Assembly (NCBI GenBank): GCA_030265395.1
Contig: JARFYF010000050.1
Location: 16,195,550 to 16,259,549, forward strand
Source: Rhina ancylostomus
Lineage: Eukaryota
Reading direction: 5' to 3'
DNA: 64,000 bases
Numbering within the stretch: the first letter of the stretch is position 1; every line of letters begins with the position of its first letter. A program made the position numbers and the translations under genes. A model generated the notes under the pieces. The model saw nothing but the letters and a program-made list of their open reading frames with translations. It was not told the origin of the DNA and ran no database searches. Below are positions 50,959 through 64,000 of this stretch, one piece after another.

Positions 50959-53900
50959 ATGGGTGAAGAATAGGATGTGGACAGGATTGTACCTGGTATA
51001 GAGACTTCCAATGGCTCTACTCTGTAGTGAAACAATTCAAGACAATTTCACTATGCTGAAGAATCCCTCTGTATGCCCAGAACTGCTTACCAGTCAGTGG
51101 AACTGCTCATCATCAGCATACATATCCATCCTTGCTGGAATACGACAGATGGCCATGTGTGTGAAGCAGTGGAGCATTTCTGAAGCTGAACCCCAGCCTA
51201 AGTTCAAACTTCAGTGGAGGAAGAAAGTGTTGGATGAAAGTATATCTTCTACATCAACAGTGGAGAATACCTCGACTGACAAGTTCTAAAACTAAAGAAT
51301 TAATCTCTTTATCTTCACTTTGTGTCACATTATAAGTTAAAATGTCTCCATGATGATTTTATTTAAAAGCCAAGCATGAACCAAAGGGGAAGTCCAGTTA
51401 AAATAAGTCAGAAAAATTATAGTACATTTCAATTATGTTACTTTTTTCATATTGATTGCTTTATAAGAAGTACTTTTTGACAGATTTAACCCGGGGAAAG
51501 TGTGAGAGGCATTCTTCATTATGCTTCCTCTCAGAAAGGCCTGTATCTCTCTGTGTGCTAGTCCATAAGTGCTTCAGCATTCTTTTGTTCTGGAAAATTT
51601 AATGGCTGGAGAGTTTTGTTTAGAATCTTTGACTCATATATGATTAAGGTCCATAAAATTGCCTGCGTGAACCAAAGCAGGGGAGAGAAATTCATTTTCC
51701 CCTGAGGTTGAAGAAATCCCCTCCTTAAAAAATTGCTTCCATCATTAGGTTCCAGAAAAGAATTCAGGAAGGACTGCAGTTGGATTCCCAGTACAATGAT
51801 GGAATTTTATTCAACTAGCAGCTATAACCAAAAATATGAGAAGAAAAAAATTCCCTTTTCCCTGGGCACCAAGGAAATATCTTCTCACAGAGAGAGTGAT
51901 GATTATTTCATCATCCAGTCAAGTGATTATAAACTCAGGAAAGTACTGGAGCAATGGTACATTGCAAAGTGGTTTCAGATGCTTTCTTGGAGTTTGTTTT
52001 TCATGGGGAGGCAGTCTCAAAAAATTCCAGCATATCTTCTGATTATCTAACGATGTAACAGAGAAAGAAAAATAATAAAAATTTTAAAACTTGTCTTGAA
52101 ACCAACATGTTAATCTGAACTACAGTGAGATCAACTGGTCAAAAGTTGTTGGACTTTGACTGTTCAGAGAAAACAAAATAATTCCAAGTTGTATACCTCA
52201 GCAAGCAAGGGAAAATTAAACTACAAACCCATGTAGTGTGGTGAATAAGCATTTAACCACCTCAGCTGCTCGCAATGTTCTGGAACACATTTAGCAGCTA
52301 CACTAACTTTTATTAAAGGACTGTTCACCCACAAACAATTGAACAAATAAAAATGTTACAACTGAGAGTGTAACACAAATATGTTTTCTGTATTAATACT
52401 GTTAATTCATTTGTTCCAGAGTCTGCTTTTTCAGGTTGTCGTTGTACAGCGGGCCTTGGTTGTAAACCAGTATCTGACAACGTATGGTGTGCACTGGTGA
52501 TTCAATCTCAACACTTGCCTCTCTGGTTGCAGTGAAAAAGCAATAATAGGCCACTGGTTCTATTTACTAGTTAATATCATAAGAATCCAGCATGGCAGAA
52601 AGCCATTGGGGCTAGGGCAGTGGAGAAGGGGGAAATAGGGACAATGCCAAACAATGTGGCAAGGGTTGAGAGGAAGCAGCAGAGGAGAGATAGGGAGAGA
52701 AAAAGCTGGGGTTGAGAAAAGAGTGAGAGGAGGAAATTGAGGTAGCAAGACCAGGGAGAAAGTAATAAAATGTTTGAGTGAAGGTTGGAGCAGAGGAGGG
52801 ATTAGGCACTCATTTTTATATTAAAAATAATGAAAAATACATTGGGGTCCATAGGATGAAATGAAATCCAGCTTTGGAAAGTGCTGGACTTATCCTGCAC
52901 CAAACTTGAACTCAGAGTGTTGTAGAACAGGAGAAGTAAGAAGCTTCCCGCAATTTGATTTCAGACTGGGACTTAACCACACAGCCTTACTTCAATATAA
53001 AGGGCCCAGTATATCTGCATTCCTACATTCATTTAGGAAACCTTGCCAGTACTTTTCCAACTATCTTCTTACATGTTTCTTCGGCATGGCTTGATATCAA
53101 GTCCAGCTGTAATTACTTGTTACAGTCACAGTTATATATAGTTATGCAGCTTTTTGTATTAGACTCTGTGACAAGGCTACAGTCAGGGTCATTCCCACTC
53201 AGTGGGCTGGAGGTCACTTGAGTAGGTGGGGAATGGGTGACCTTTGCATTTGCCATGTGACCATTCTACTACAGAATGGGATGGTTTGGGAGCTCCTTCG
53301 TTGGTGAGCAGTCTTGGAGTTGATCTGGAGTTTGAAGCTTTTGAATAGATTTATTGAAATATTTGGAGAGTAGAGAGTAAAGAAAATATTAATTTATATG
53401 TAATTAGCAATGTTAATATTAAATTTACACATATCTGGGGTGGCACAAGCTGGTACCAGGTCTCTAACAATAATTTGGACGGACTGACTCACGTCTGCTG
53501 TGAGTATTCACTCACTGCCAGCTTCGAAACTCTATATAATTCAACATTGCTCACAGGCACTAAACATGTGTAAGAGTATCATCTGCCAGTTGTACTCACC
53601 CCCAGCGTCTAGTTCCATTGAAGTCAATGAAACCAAATATGTGGAGGTTTGTACAACCAGAGGCTGATATTCAGGCACATATTTAGCGTTACGAGCAAAG
53701 ATGAATTTCTCCCCTATCTCTTAGTGAATCTCTTGCTTCCTTGCCAGGTTATGTGGGTCATGTTACCCAACTGGTCAGTTGCTCTTCCACAGGAAAATAC
53801 CAACAAATCACAGTTGTTCCTGGCTAAAAACATTATATATAATTGAATAATTTTGCCCATAGAAAAATACAATTGGCTGCAGAAGATTATTTTGCTCCAC

Positions 53901-56384
53901 ATATACAACTGCCTCCCAGTTAGAAATTAAGAACAAATAGAGGAAACAAACATTCTTACCCAATGAGAGGTTATTGCTCTTTTCTTGATTTTGCTTTCAG
54001 CAAATTAACATACAAATCCAAGGATCCTCCCTAGTCTACTCCCACTTTTTTTATTGGAAGATCCTTCTGGATGATCCCAGAGCAGTCATTTGTTGGTGGG
54101 GGGAGGGGAAGTGCTCACTGAGGCTCACATCTGTTTGATGCCCAACCAGTTTCAAGCCCATTCAAGTGAAGACTCCTTCAATGCATACGTACTTCATTTG
54201 CCATACACCTGGAGTTCATTTCAAATGGAACGAGTAAACCACACAGTAACTCTGACTCATGTCAAGAATGGGAGTAGCCACTCATTCTCTCTATGCAGAG
54301 CCCTTCAGTCAATGGCTTTGGTTAACAAAATAGCATGACATTCCCTTCAGGAAAAGCTCAGAAAAAAATGTCATCTGTACTTTTCTAGCTTTCTCACTTA
54401 AATTTCCAGAGTCAGGTGAAGCAAATTCCCAGTGGCAAACCCTCAGTTATCTGTACTGCTTTATAAGTGGAAGACATAGGAACACACTTCACTGATTTTC
54501 AACAAGCCTTTAACATTGTACATTTTAAAATAGTGCTATATAAATCAATATTCAGAAACATTTATTCATGGACACCTTGGAGAGCTGGGATATGCAAACA
54601 CTTAAGATTAACTCTTTCTCAGAGTAATGTTATACTTCTGCAGCTCTTGCATTAGCATTGGGATGACAGTGCTAATCTGAAGATGCTCCTGCTACTGCAG
54701 TCAGTACTCCATTTATCCTCAGTACTTTGAAAGAAAAGCAACTTTGCTCAGAAAAAGATCTCCTCACCTGGACAATACACCTAGCCCTATTACAAAGACT
54801 GCTTACATTGCAAAGGAAAAGCACCTCATTTTCCCTCAAATGTACTCTTGTAAGAAATCAAGGATCATAGAGTTCAAACTGTTTTGACTGAAGTAGCTCT
54901 TCCAGGTGCAAGAGATCCAGAGAATCTAGCTCAACTTCCCACGGTCTCTGCACACTCCCCGGAGTTTCGAAGAATAGGATATGGATAGTCCATGCTGGGA
55001 AAACTCTGACTCCCCTCCTGCCTCAGAGATAAGCCTGTTCCTGACCTGGAACCTGCTCCTGTTTGCAAAGGCTAATACACATTGGGCAATAGTTTTTTTT
55101 TGATACCATATTATCAACCAAGTTCTGAGCCAGTAATAAACAAGGGCACCCATTTAAAAGGACAGGAAGGAAATTCAATTCCTGTGAAAACCAGTTTACA
55201 ATTGGCCCAGACATCAGTGAGCTCCATGTCGCATCGATGGGCAAGTAGAACTGGTGGCTCCAACAAATTATTCATCCATTAACTCTTTTCTGTACTTTCT
55301 GTCTCTACTAGATACATTAAACATAAATAATAAAACAATACTAATGTTTTCTGCTGGGCTATATACTTCCAGTATCATTTTTAATCCGGGATAGATTTTA
55401 TTATGGGATTAAGAGCCATAAAAGAAAGGGGACTGAGATTGGAAGCAAAATAACTCCATGGATGCCAGGAACTTGCATTTGGTTGCTGAAGGGAATAAAA
55501 ACAATCTATTTAACACTTTTACAAAGAACCTATCAACAGGAAGGACTGAGTCAGGAAACACATTGCAGTTTCTTACCAAACTAAGTGGAACTTGCATGAA
55601 ATACTTCCACATTTTTATGCAAAGGATCGGTAGAGCATGGAATTCTTTGCCACGGGTTGTGGTTAAGGCATGTCTTAAGGGAAAAACAGATAAGTATCTG
55701 ATGCGGAGAAGAAACAGAGATTAAGACACGACAGCTGGCCTTAATCTTGAGTTGGTCCAACAAGGAACTTGCATTGTAGTAATGGGGAAATGTGTTTCTG
55801 CTGTATTGTAAATTTATACACTCTTATGGTTCCAAAATTTCAAATGCTCTGATCACCAAAACTGCTTTCAAAACAAATTAGTTAACAACCTCTGTGCAAA
55901 CCAGTACAAATACACTGTTGTCAGTGTTTAAGGCACCCACATCTTGCATGGTCACTGGCAATTTTTCAAATTTGTTTTGAGTTGGAGAAATAAGCAGACT
56001 TATTGGCAGTACGGTCACCTATTATTTAATATATAAACAATCCTGCATTCAGGTCTCTCAAATCTCATGGGTTTCCACCTAAATTCAGAATTGTAGGAAT
56101 TTTCACCATTTCATTCAAAGCTCTATTTGTGGACAAAAGGAAATCCAGTCATAATATTCTTTGACATGTCATAGAATAACGTTTTAAACCATGTTGCTGT
56201 CGGCCACAGAAGGAAGTTGAATTCACCTGAAAACTCGTGTAAGATTACGTTGTTCCATTACGTTTTCTATTATATTGATTTCAAGGTCTTTCAAATAGTT
56301 TTAAAGGAGAATACTGATAATGAAATCAGGAAATATAGGAAGCAGGCTTGGAGATGTTCTGGGATTTGAGGTAGTCCTATGGGG

Positions 56385-57030
56385 AAGAATAACCTATACT
56401 CTCTGGAGTTTAGAAAAACAACAGGTGATCTCATTGAAACAAAGGAGTTCTACACTCAGAGGCTGGTGAATTCCCTAGTCCAAATGTCTATAGAAGCTCA
56501 GTCATAACACTCATTCAGAAAAGTTCTTGATAGGTTATCATGGTGAGGGAACCAAAGGATACGGGAATGGTGCTGCGAAATGGCAGTGAGGTGGAAGATC
56601 AACCATGATCTTGATGAACAGCATTGCAGGTTCGAAGGGCTGGATGGCCTACTCCTACTTCCTGCATTCTTAGGTTTCTGAGGTGTTTAACAGGATAAAT
56701 GTCAATCATCTCAGGAGAATATTTTGGCTGGTGGGAGAAATCCAGAACTAAAAGAATAGTCTCAGAATAAAGGGATGACTATTCAAAACAAAGATGAGGA
56801 GCAATTTCTTCTCTCAGTTGGTTGTGGATATTTGAAATTCTCTACCTCAGAGAGCTGTGGAGGCTGAATCACCAAGTATACCCAGGACTGAGATAAATTT
56901 TGCACGACTATGGTTAATGGGTGTCGGCAGGAGACCAGAGTTAAGGCCATATATCAGATTGACCACATTCTTACTGAATGGTGGAGTGGCTTGAACTTCA
57001 GCAGAACAAAATTCTGTTCTTATTTCCTAA
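56385..57030 (+). mobile_element. Two adjacent decayed CR1 3' fragments (about 56385-56676 and 56677-57030)
   Basis: Each has CR1 ORF2-end remnants (tatactctctggagtttaga...ggtgatctcattgaaac; gatgaggagcaatttcttctctcag). Each has its own tail (gaagggctggatggcctactcctacttcct; gaatggtggagtggcttgaa...ttcttatttcct). Confidence 0.7.
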
Positions 57031-57313
57031 CTTCCGAAAATTAATCATTCTGTTGACAAGAAAGAATATTCTCCCTGTCCTGTCAATGTTGCTGGGCTCT
57101 AATGAGATGCACATCCAAAGATCAAATTTTCCTTTGATTTTCAGGATCTTTCCAACAACTTTAAGGGGCAATTCTGATTAACAGTGGCAGAACCATAAAT
57201 CTTTCCAAATACCTTCTTTAGTTTGTACAAGTACCTTAAAATTATTCTTGTCCTGAGAAATTATCGTTTTATTCTACTAGCACATGAACTGATTCTAGAC
57301 TATTTGTTTTAAG

Positions 57314-57650
57314 AATCATACAGTACAAAAACAGGCCCTTCAACCCATCATTTCCATGCTGACCATCAACTACCCATTTTAACACTAATCCTAAGTGAAT
57401 TCCATTTTTATTCTCTCCACCTTCTCTTGAACACTCCTGGGATTCTACCACTCACTTACAAAAGAGAGGCAATTTACAGTAGCCAAATAACCTATCAAGT
57501 GCACAACTTTGGGATGTGAGAGGAAACTGGAGCACCCAGAAGAAATCCAAGCCGTCACAGGGAGGAGGTGTAAACTCCACAGAGACCGAGGTCAAGATTG
57601 AACCCAGTTCTCTGGTACTATGAGGCAGCCGTTCTACCAGCTGTGCCACC
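57314..57650 (-). mobile_element. Full-length V-SINE (HE1-like)
   Basis: Reverse complement has A box tggcacagctgg, B box ggttcaatc, V-domain (ctgtggagtttacacc...gggtgctccagtttcctctcacatcccaaag) and CR1-type tail gaagggcctgtttttgtactgtatgattct. Confidence 0.85.
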
Positions 57651-57719
57651 TACTAATCTTTAGATTCATCACACCAGGCTTTGTGGCGTAATCTACCTCT
57701 GACTCTCAGTGACCTCATC

Positions 57720-58045
57720 GTGATAGCAAAGTGGTTAAGTCATGGGACTTTTGATTAAGACCAACAGCAGCAGATGGGGAATTTAAGTTCAAGTAATAAA
57801 TAAATTAAGGGGATCATATTCGTGATGGTGACCATGAAACCCATCTGGTTCACTGATGGCCTGCGGGGAACGAAACCTACCACCTTTCTCTCATCTGGCC
57901 TATATGTAACTCCAGGCCCTCAGCAATGCTCTTAACTGCTGCTGAAATGCCTTAGCAGGCTGCACAGTTCAGTGGGAATGAACAATTAGGAATGAACAAT
58001 AAAGTGACATCGCTTTGCCAGAGATGTCTCTTCCTGCGTGGGAAT
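57720..58045 (+). mobile_element. SINE of another family (degenerate head, ggtgaccatgaaac...cccatctggttcact core)
   Basis: Core ggtgaccatgaaacccatctggttcactgatg...tctggcctatatgtaactccag...cagcaatg...cttaactgc. Related pieces are at 18480 and, reversed, at 27420-27490. Confidence 0.5.
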
Positions 58046-58482
58046 ACGTACAGATTAGAAATGTGCTTTAGTCGTCAACTGTGGCAGGGGATTTGCGCCA
58101 GATTGCTTGTAGTGCTTTGAAAGAATTCTTGCTGCTCCATGGCCACCTTTATATTGGCATCACACAAGCAGGAGCAAAGGGAAGGCCGCAGTGCCCTTTT
58201 CATTTTCACAAGTAATGTGAAACAGCTGTAAACTAAGAACAAAGGTAAAGTTTGCAGCTGCACCGTAAACAGGGTTTGTGCCTTTCAGTTGGAATTAGAT
58301 GAAGACGAGTACAGCCAGTGCTCGTCAGAGAGGAAACATGTGCTGCGCAGTCATGTTGGGATTTTGCAGGAGTCTCAGGCCTTACTCCAGCAAGCCAGGA
58401 ACTCTGCCCGCTCCCACTCTCAGGGCAAGATGGCTGGCATTCAACTCCACATCCCAAGGGACAAGCTATTTATTGTATTTCA

Positions 58483-58612
58483 AAAGCAAAATACTGTGCA
58501 TGCTGGAAATCTGAAACAAAAGCAGAAAATGCCGGAAATTCACAGCTGTTCATGCAGCATCTGTGCAGAGAGAGAAACCAACTTAGTGTTTCAGATCGGT
58601 GACCTTTCCAAT
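58483..58612 (-). mobile_element. Penelope-like terminal repeat fragment
   Basis: tgctggaaatctgaaacaaaagcagaaaatgccggaaattcacagc...gcagcatctgtgcagagagagaaacc. Confidence 0.6.
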
Positions 58613-59494
58613 GTTAATGGGGAACATCATCTGCCCGGATCTGCCAGCTCATAAGGCCAGAGCTGGGCTGTTCCCAAGTGTAAGTTGAGGCAGAGCCTTT
58701 CCGTCTGCAACGCACTGACCCCAGGATATCTGCACCACACCAGTGGGTTCCTCATGGAGTTCACCTGTGGAGCACCAACTTCCACAGTCTTCCCAACCCT
58801 CTGCCTGGGAATTCTGCGCGAGCAACGCACTCCATATTAACCTGGTGCAAGTGCAACAACCAGACTGTAATAAATGGGAGTAATCAGCGACATCGCAATG
58901 GTAAGGCAAACTTTTTATCTGATTTAATTAAGTGAGTTTAATTGTTTTTTTTACGTGTGTCTGTGTCTTATTGTCTGTTAATCTTTTAAAAGAAGTTAAT
59001 AATTAATTATTTTTAAACATTAGTATTTTTTAGTAAGTCCCAAGTGATTTTAAAACATTCAATAACAGCGACAGCTCTGACAGCTGGTGAGCCTTGGTTA
59101 CCAGCTGTCAAGGCCTTTCTGTCAGCACAGGCAGCCAGTGGTGCTGGGACAGTCCCTTCACCCCACTCCACTGACCTCACCAGTATGCTGGGAGCTGAGT
59201 TCCCATCAGAAGACTACACCCAAGCACACAGTGATCTGGAGCAGTAGAAGATCCACCTCGCTGCAGTTTTTGGTATGTTGAGTATAGTCCTTGTCACAGT
59301 GTATCCTACTACCCCCTTTAACATAATGCTTCCCAAGGGACAAAGGATGCTCGCAAGAAGAGCCAATGATGCACTGGAGCCATATCCTAAATCTCCATGT
59401 AATTTACATCACATTATAAACTTCCACACACCTGGAAATCAGCTCCTCTGGCAGATCAATGCAGAAAGAAGGACACAGAGTCATTGATATTGAG

Positions 59495-59772
59495 TTATAG
59501 AGTCATAGAGTTATACAGCACAGAAACAAGTTCTGTGGCACAATTCATCTATGCCCACCTAAGCTGGTCCCATTTGTCTACATTTGACCCACATCCCTTT
59601 AAACCTTTCCTGTCCATGTACCTGTCCAAATGTCTTTTCAATGTTTTAATTATTCCTGCATCTACCACTTCCTCTGGATGGCTCCACATACCCACCACCC
59701 TTGGTGTGAAGAAGTTGCCCCTAAGATCCCCTTTAAATCCATCCCCTCTCATCTGAAACCTATGCCCTCTAG
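59495..59772 (-). mobile_element. CR1 LINE 3' fragment
   Basis: ORF 59549..59752 reads MRGDGFKGDLRGNFFTPRVVGMWSHPEEVVDAGIIKTLKRHLDRYMDRKG. Reverse-complement tail atagagtcatagagttatacagcacagaaac. Confidence 0.88.
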
Positions 59773-59777
59773 TTGTG

Positions 59778-60101
59778 AAATCATACAGCGTGGAAACTGG
59801 TCCTTCAGCCCACTGAGTCTGTGCTGACCATCAAGCATCGATTTACACTGATCCCATTTTATTCTCCCCGTGTGTCCATCAATTTCCCCCCCAGATTCTA
59901 CCACACATCTACACACGAAGAGCATTTTACAACGGCTAATTAATCTACTACCTGCATGCGAGATGTGGGAAAAAAAGTAGAGCACCAAGCGGCAACCCAG
60001 ACAATCACAGGGAGAATGTGGAGGCTCCGCAGCACTGGATGTCAGGATTGAAGCATAGTCGCTGGAGCTGAGAGGCAGCAACTGTACTAGCTGTGCCACT
60101 G
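59778..60101 (-). mobile_element. Full-length V-SINE (HE1-like)
   Basis: Reverse complement has head gtggcacagctagtacagttgctgcctctcagctccag, a V-domain remnant and tail gggctgaaggaccagtttccacgctgtatga. Homologous to 57314-57650. Confidence 0.8.
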
Positions 60102-60554
60102 TGCAGCAAACATGCTCCGTCCAGAGGATAGGTACTGAGACCTTCTCTGTAAGAAATATTTCGATGCTTCAACCTCTCTACTTGGCCAAGATAAAGTGGG
60201 AGGGCACTATGGCACCCACAATGTTACAAGGTTAAGGCCCACAAGAGGTGTTGGTTCCAGAGCCATGACTTCTGGGACACTTACTCTCCAGCTACAAAAT
60301 ACTGAAAAACAGTGTGTCTGAAACTCTGGACCTTACTCTCCTGATTGTAGGAACACATGATTCAATTGAACATCATTATTTTGCCATCTTGCTGGCCAGA
60401 TGATTTATCTTCATTTGCCTACTGTAACTCTACTTTCAGTGTAAAGAAAATGTTNNNNNNNNNNNNNNNNNNNNNNNNNNNNNNNNNNNNNNNNNNNNNN
60501 NNNNNNNNNNNNNNNNNNNNNNNNNNNNNNNNNNNNNNNNNNNNNNNNNNNNNN

Positions 60555-60690
60555 TTTTTACCTGTACTACATCAATGCACTCTGTACTGACTCAATGTAA
60601 CTGCACCGTGTAATGAATTGACCTGTACGATTGTTTTGTAAGACAAGTTTTTCACTGTACAAGTGACAATAATAAACCAAAACCAAAAAC
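60555..60690 (+). mobile_element. Rex1/Babar-type 3' tail fragment
   Basis: caagtttttcactgtacaagtgacaataataaaccaaaacc; similar to 22560-22658. Confidence 0.5.
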
Positions 60691-62939
60691 TGGTTGGGAC
60701 TTTTCCTGCGTTACAATACGTGATCATGTAGTCACTGTAGTAAGTGACTACTCAATAAGTATTTTTAGTCTGTGTGCGTGCGAACTCATGCTAGTTCAAG
60801 ATAACATCCCAGAATAGGAAGCATCACCAGGAAACTTGGCAAACAACAAAAACAGTAAAAAAGCAGAAAGTAAAATAATTAGGTATTTAAGATAAAGTTT
60901 GTTCCCAAGTACATTAGTTATCTTTGAAATCCCACGCCACCCTACCTCTGTTTCGTTGCTTCCTCGTCTCTCTGCCTCTTTTCTCCACAGTATTCTCTTC
61001 CTTCCTCTGTTTGCTGAGAAATTAGTAAGCATAATCCTGCTGTTTGATCAGTGATTGTTCAGTTCAACCGCCACCAATCCAGAGTTGTCCTAGTTCCCGA
61101 CCACAAATCCTGAGTCAGCTGCCAATCCAGAACTGCATGACCCAGAGAACTGTTTCTCATTTCATTTCTCACCAACTACAACTGTAGTTCGTGTGTACTT
61201 TGCCAAGTGGTGAACTCGAGCAGAATTTCTGGCGCCATTCTGGACTGAGAGATCACTGTGGCTATTTCTCCTGTACCTCTGCCCTTTTAAGTGCCCTGCT
61301 GCATGTTTGGAAATCCCATATATAAAAAACCCACTAATTTCTCAGAATCCCTGTTTAAATCGGAAGCATGAGACTAAACAAAACCAACCATTACACAGGT
61401 GGCAGGTCCCAGACTTGTCCACAACTCCATTATTACGAGTATCATGGGTGTTGTTTCGCTACCATTCAGAAGGTCCAAAATACTTCATGGATTGAATTTA
61501 CAAATTGATTCTGATCCAGCAGGAATCTGATCCAAATTTACTGAAAAGCCACTGAACCTCCTACCAGGAAGACCAAACAAATTAATACCATGTTTGAAAA
61601 GTTGTCATTCAAAAAATTCTCTTATAAAGCATGATCACACCTAATTTGGAAAGCTTTAAATGGAGGAATATTGCCTGAAGAATCCCGGCAGCCCTTAAGA
61701 TGTTATAACAACTCGCTGGAATAGTAGGGTTGTATCATTATCAATCATGATTTTTCCACAACCTTTGTTTAATTATGCCTGAGAGTGTTAATGGTAATGG
61801 AACCCCAGCAAGTAAATGGTGCAACAGGTTCAAGGCCAGAGCTCCAAAGTTGTCAGCTTCAATGGCGCCAACGGTGCAAGAGTTAGGATAAATGACAGTT
61901 CCCTGTGAGGAGAGGGAAGAAATTAACTCCAAATGCATGTCTCAATGGCAGCATTACACTACAGCGTGGGTTAAGTGCTTACAGCCCTCAATGAGACATG
62001 CACTGTGGAAAAAAAATGTTTAAAATGGCAATAGGTATGCATTTTCAGCTGTTTGCAAAATCAAGGATACAATGACTTGTCGAGCCAACATTCGCTGATT
62101 CAATCAATATTTTAAAATATACAAGGGGTTTCTTTTTTGTTTTGTACATACTTACAACTTATCAGTCTATTCCTCTTTAACCATCTCCTTATCAACTCTA
62201 AAGTAAATCAGTTCCATATAAAGTGGACTTTTTATGAATGTTGCTTTCGTAAGATTTACTGAAATCTTAAAGGCTAATTACAAAGTGCTTTGTATCTTTA
62301 AAGGAAGAACTATCGTTGCTCCAGGGCACATTTTAATTTAAATGCCTTGGGTGAACTAACTCTGACCTGTTGCATATTGCTGTTTTATCACTATCAGCTA
62401 TTAATTTGAATCACTTAAAACATGTAGTCACTGCTTAAACTGGGCTTCTAATTCATGGAAACATTTGTAAGAGATGCAGTAAGGGAACCTTTAGCTTAAT
62501 ATTTCTACAACTGAGAGAAGCTGTCATTAATTAGAACTGGAGTAGAGTCTGCCCAGAGCCAACAGGAGAAACCTTTTCACCAAAAGCAAGGGGCATTCTG
62601 ATGGAAAAGCTATAACTGAAATCTAACTCTCCACCCCATTGTCTCATTCAGATGAATGTCTTTTAGACAAGATGGAGATAAAGAAGAAAAATACAGTTAA
62701 TTTACTTGAGACTGAACTGTCGTCTGAAAATATTCACAATAATGTCAAAGATGTTAACTCCTTCAGAACCAAAATCTCTAGGCAAACAACTCCCCATATT
62801 TTGGTTGCATTATTTTTTTCCATGCTTTTAGTTGTTCAAATCATGAAAAGTCCATTTCACTCGAAAGCAATCCCCATACACAATAGATTAGAATGGTGAA
62901 AATTTGAAACCCTTTCACAAACAGCAATTGATGCCAGAT

Positions 62940-63092
62940 CAATTAATTTTCAAACTGAGCCTATTTACAGGATACACTATATACTGATGGATATGGGGAA
63001 AAGGCAAGCATTTGGAGTTAGGTTACTGTTCAGCCATGATCTCACTGAAGAGCGGAACAGGCTTAGGTTAAATAGCCTTCTGCTGTTCCTGT
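62940..63092 (+). mobile_element. Decayed CR1 3' tail
   Basis: ggatatggggaaaaggcaag...tggagttagg...cagccatgatctcactgaa..gcggaacaggctt...gccttctgctgttcct. Confidence 0.6.
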
Positions 63093-63639
63093 GTTTATCT
63101 GGGATGGAGCAGAGATCAGGTTCAGGTTGGCTTCAAAAGCAGTTGCTATTGTGGTGAGGCAGAAAAGACTATGCCACAGACAAGGACTCAATGCCCTAAC
63201 CACAAAAATGAAGGATGTTTACCAGGGAAACACTCTGCTAATCCTGAACCCATTTCCTGGTTCAGACACCTAAACTAAAATTTATAGTTGCCATTTTACA
63301 TCTATGTCATCTCCACAACAGAATATGACTCAGACTTATTGACTGGGAAGCAGGCTCTCTGACACGTGCATTTAATATCAAACTCTTTCATACCTTAGAT
63401 CAAATCTCGAAAAGCTACTGTACCTTGGACTTTTAAGATGAACAACATTTATCAANNNNNNNNNNNNNNNNNNNNNNNNNNNNNNNNNNNNNNNNNNNNN
63501 NNNNNNNNNNNNNNNNNNNNNNNNNNNNNNNNNNNNNNNNNNNNNNNNNNNNNNNTCCCTTTGCTATAAGGGGGTTTGATAAGTGTTAAAAATTCAGAGA
63601 AATTATATTGTTTATCAGCATTACATGATCAAGATCTTT

Positions 63640-63850
63640 CTCCCCTTCCCTTTCTTCTGACTCTATCTCTCACCCAAGTCTTTGTTCTCAGCAACCCCCC
63701 CCCCAAACACACAACTTCTCTGTTCAATTTCTTACTATTCCCAGCTCTGACCTGAAATTTTAATTCTCTCCACAGACACTGCCCAAGATGCTGATATTTC
63801 CAGCACTTTTTGCCTTCGTTTCAGGTTTCCAGCATCTGCACTTTTTACTC
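63640..63850 (+). mobile_element. Penelope-like terminal repeat fragment
   Basis: gacctgaaattttaattctctccacagacactgcc...tttccagcactttttg...tttcaggtttccagcatctgca. Confidence 0.55.
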
Positions 63851-64000
63851 TTCAATTATGTGTTCGATGTTATTCTATTCATCCCTGTCACTGCTCAGGA
63901 CATGAATAGAATAACATTTTAACCCTGGTACAATGCATTCTGAGGCCAGGCATAGCCCCACTGTATGCCCACAAAACAGCACCACTGCTCTCCCACTTTT

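Noticed and set aside
60960-61030. Plus-strand acceptor (ttttctccacag) and GTAAGC donor defining a 34-nt antisense micro-exon
   Set aside because: Such motifs arise frequently in pyrimidine-rich DNA, and there are no partner exons or other support.

Overview
This is AT-rich vertebrate genomic DNA, most likely from a cartilaginous fish (shark or ray), judging from the V-SINE, DeuSINE, CR1 and Penelope-type repeat spectrum; this assignment is an inference. The window lies inside one large minus-strand gene that I recognise as BAHCC1, a chromatin reader and paralog of TNRC18. I reconstructed eight consecutive coding exons by hand: 35089-34964, 30277-28478, 26573-26459, 23174-22966, 17281-17120, 12099-11864, 10995-10620 and 8387-7521. 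Their splice phases are consistent and they join into 3891 nt (1297 codons). One donor is a non-canonical GC. The first exons and the C-terminal Tudor/BAH exons were not found and appear to lie outside the window. The introns contain decayed retroelements (CR1, Tx1, RTE, Rex1/Babar, L2-like, Penelope-like, several SINE families, two Gypsy-like LTRs), Harbinger DNA-transposon fossils, a tRNA-Glu pseudogene, a 61-bp tandem duplication and 12 assembly gaps. I found no convincing evidence of a novel multi-gene system. The most interesting signals are a hammerhead-ribozyme-like core in a Penelope-type repeat, a SINE subfamily with an apparently swapped 3' tail, the GC-AG intron, and a Gln/His tract plus TNRC18-like residues in this BAHCC1. 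Family assignments come from recalled consensus motifs rather than database searches, and repeat boundaries are approximate.
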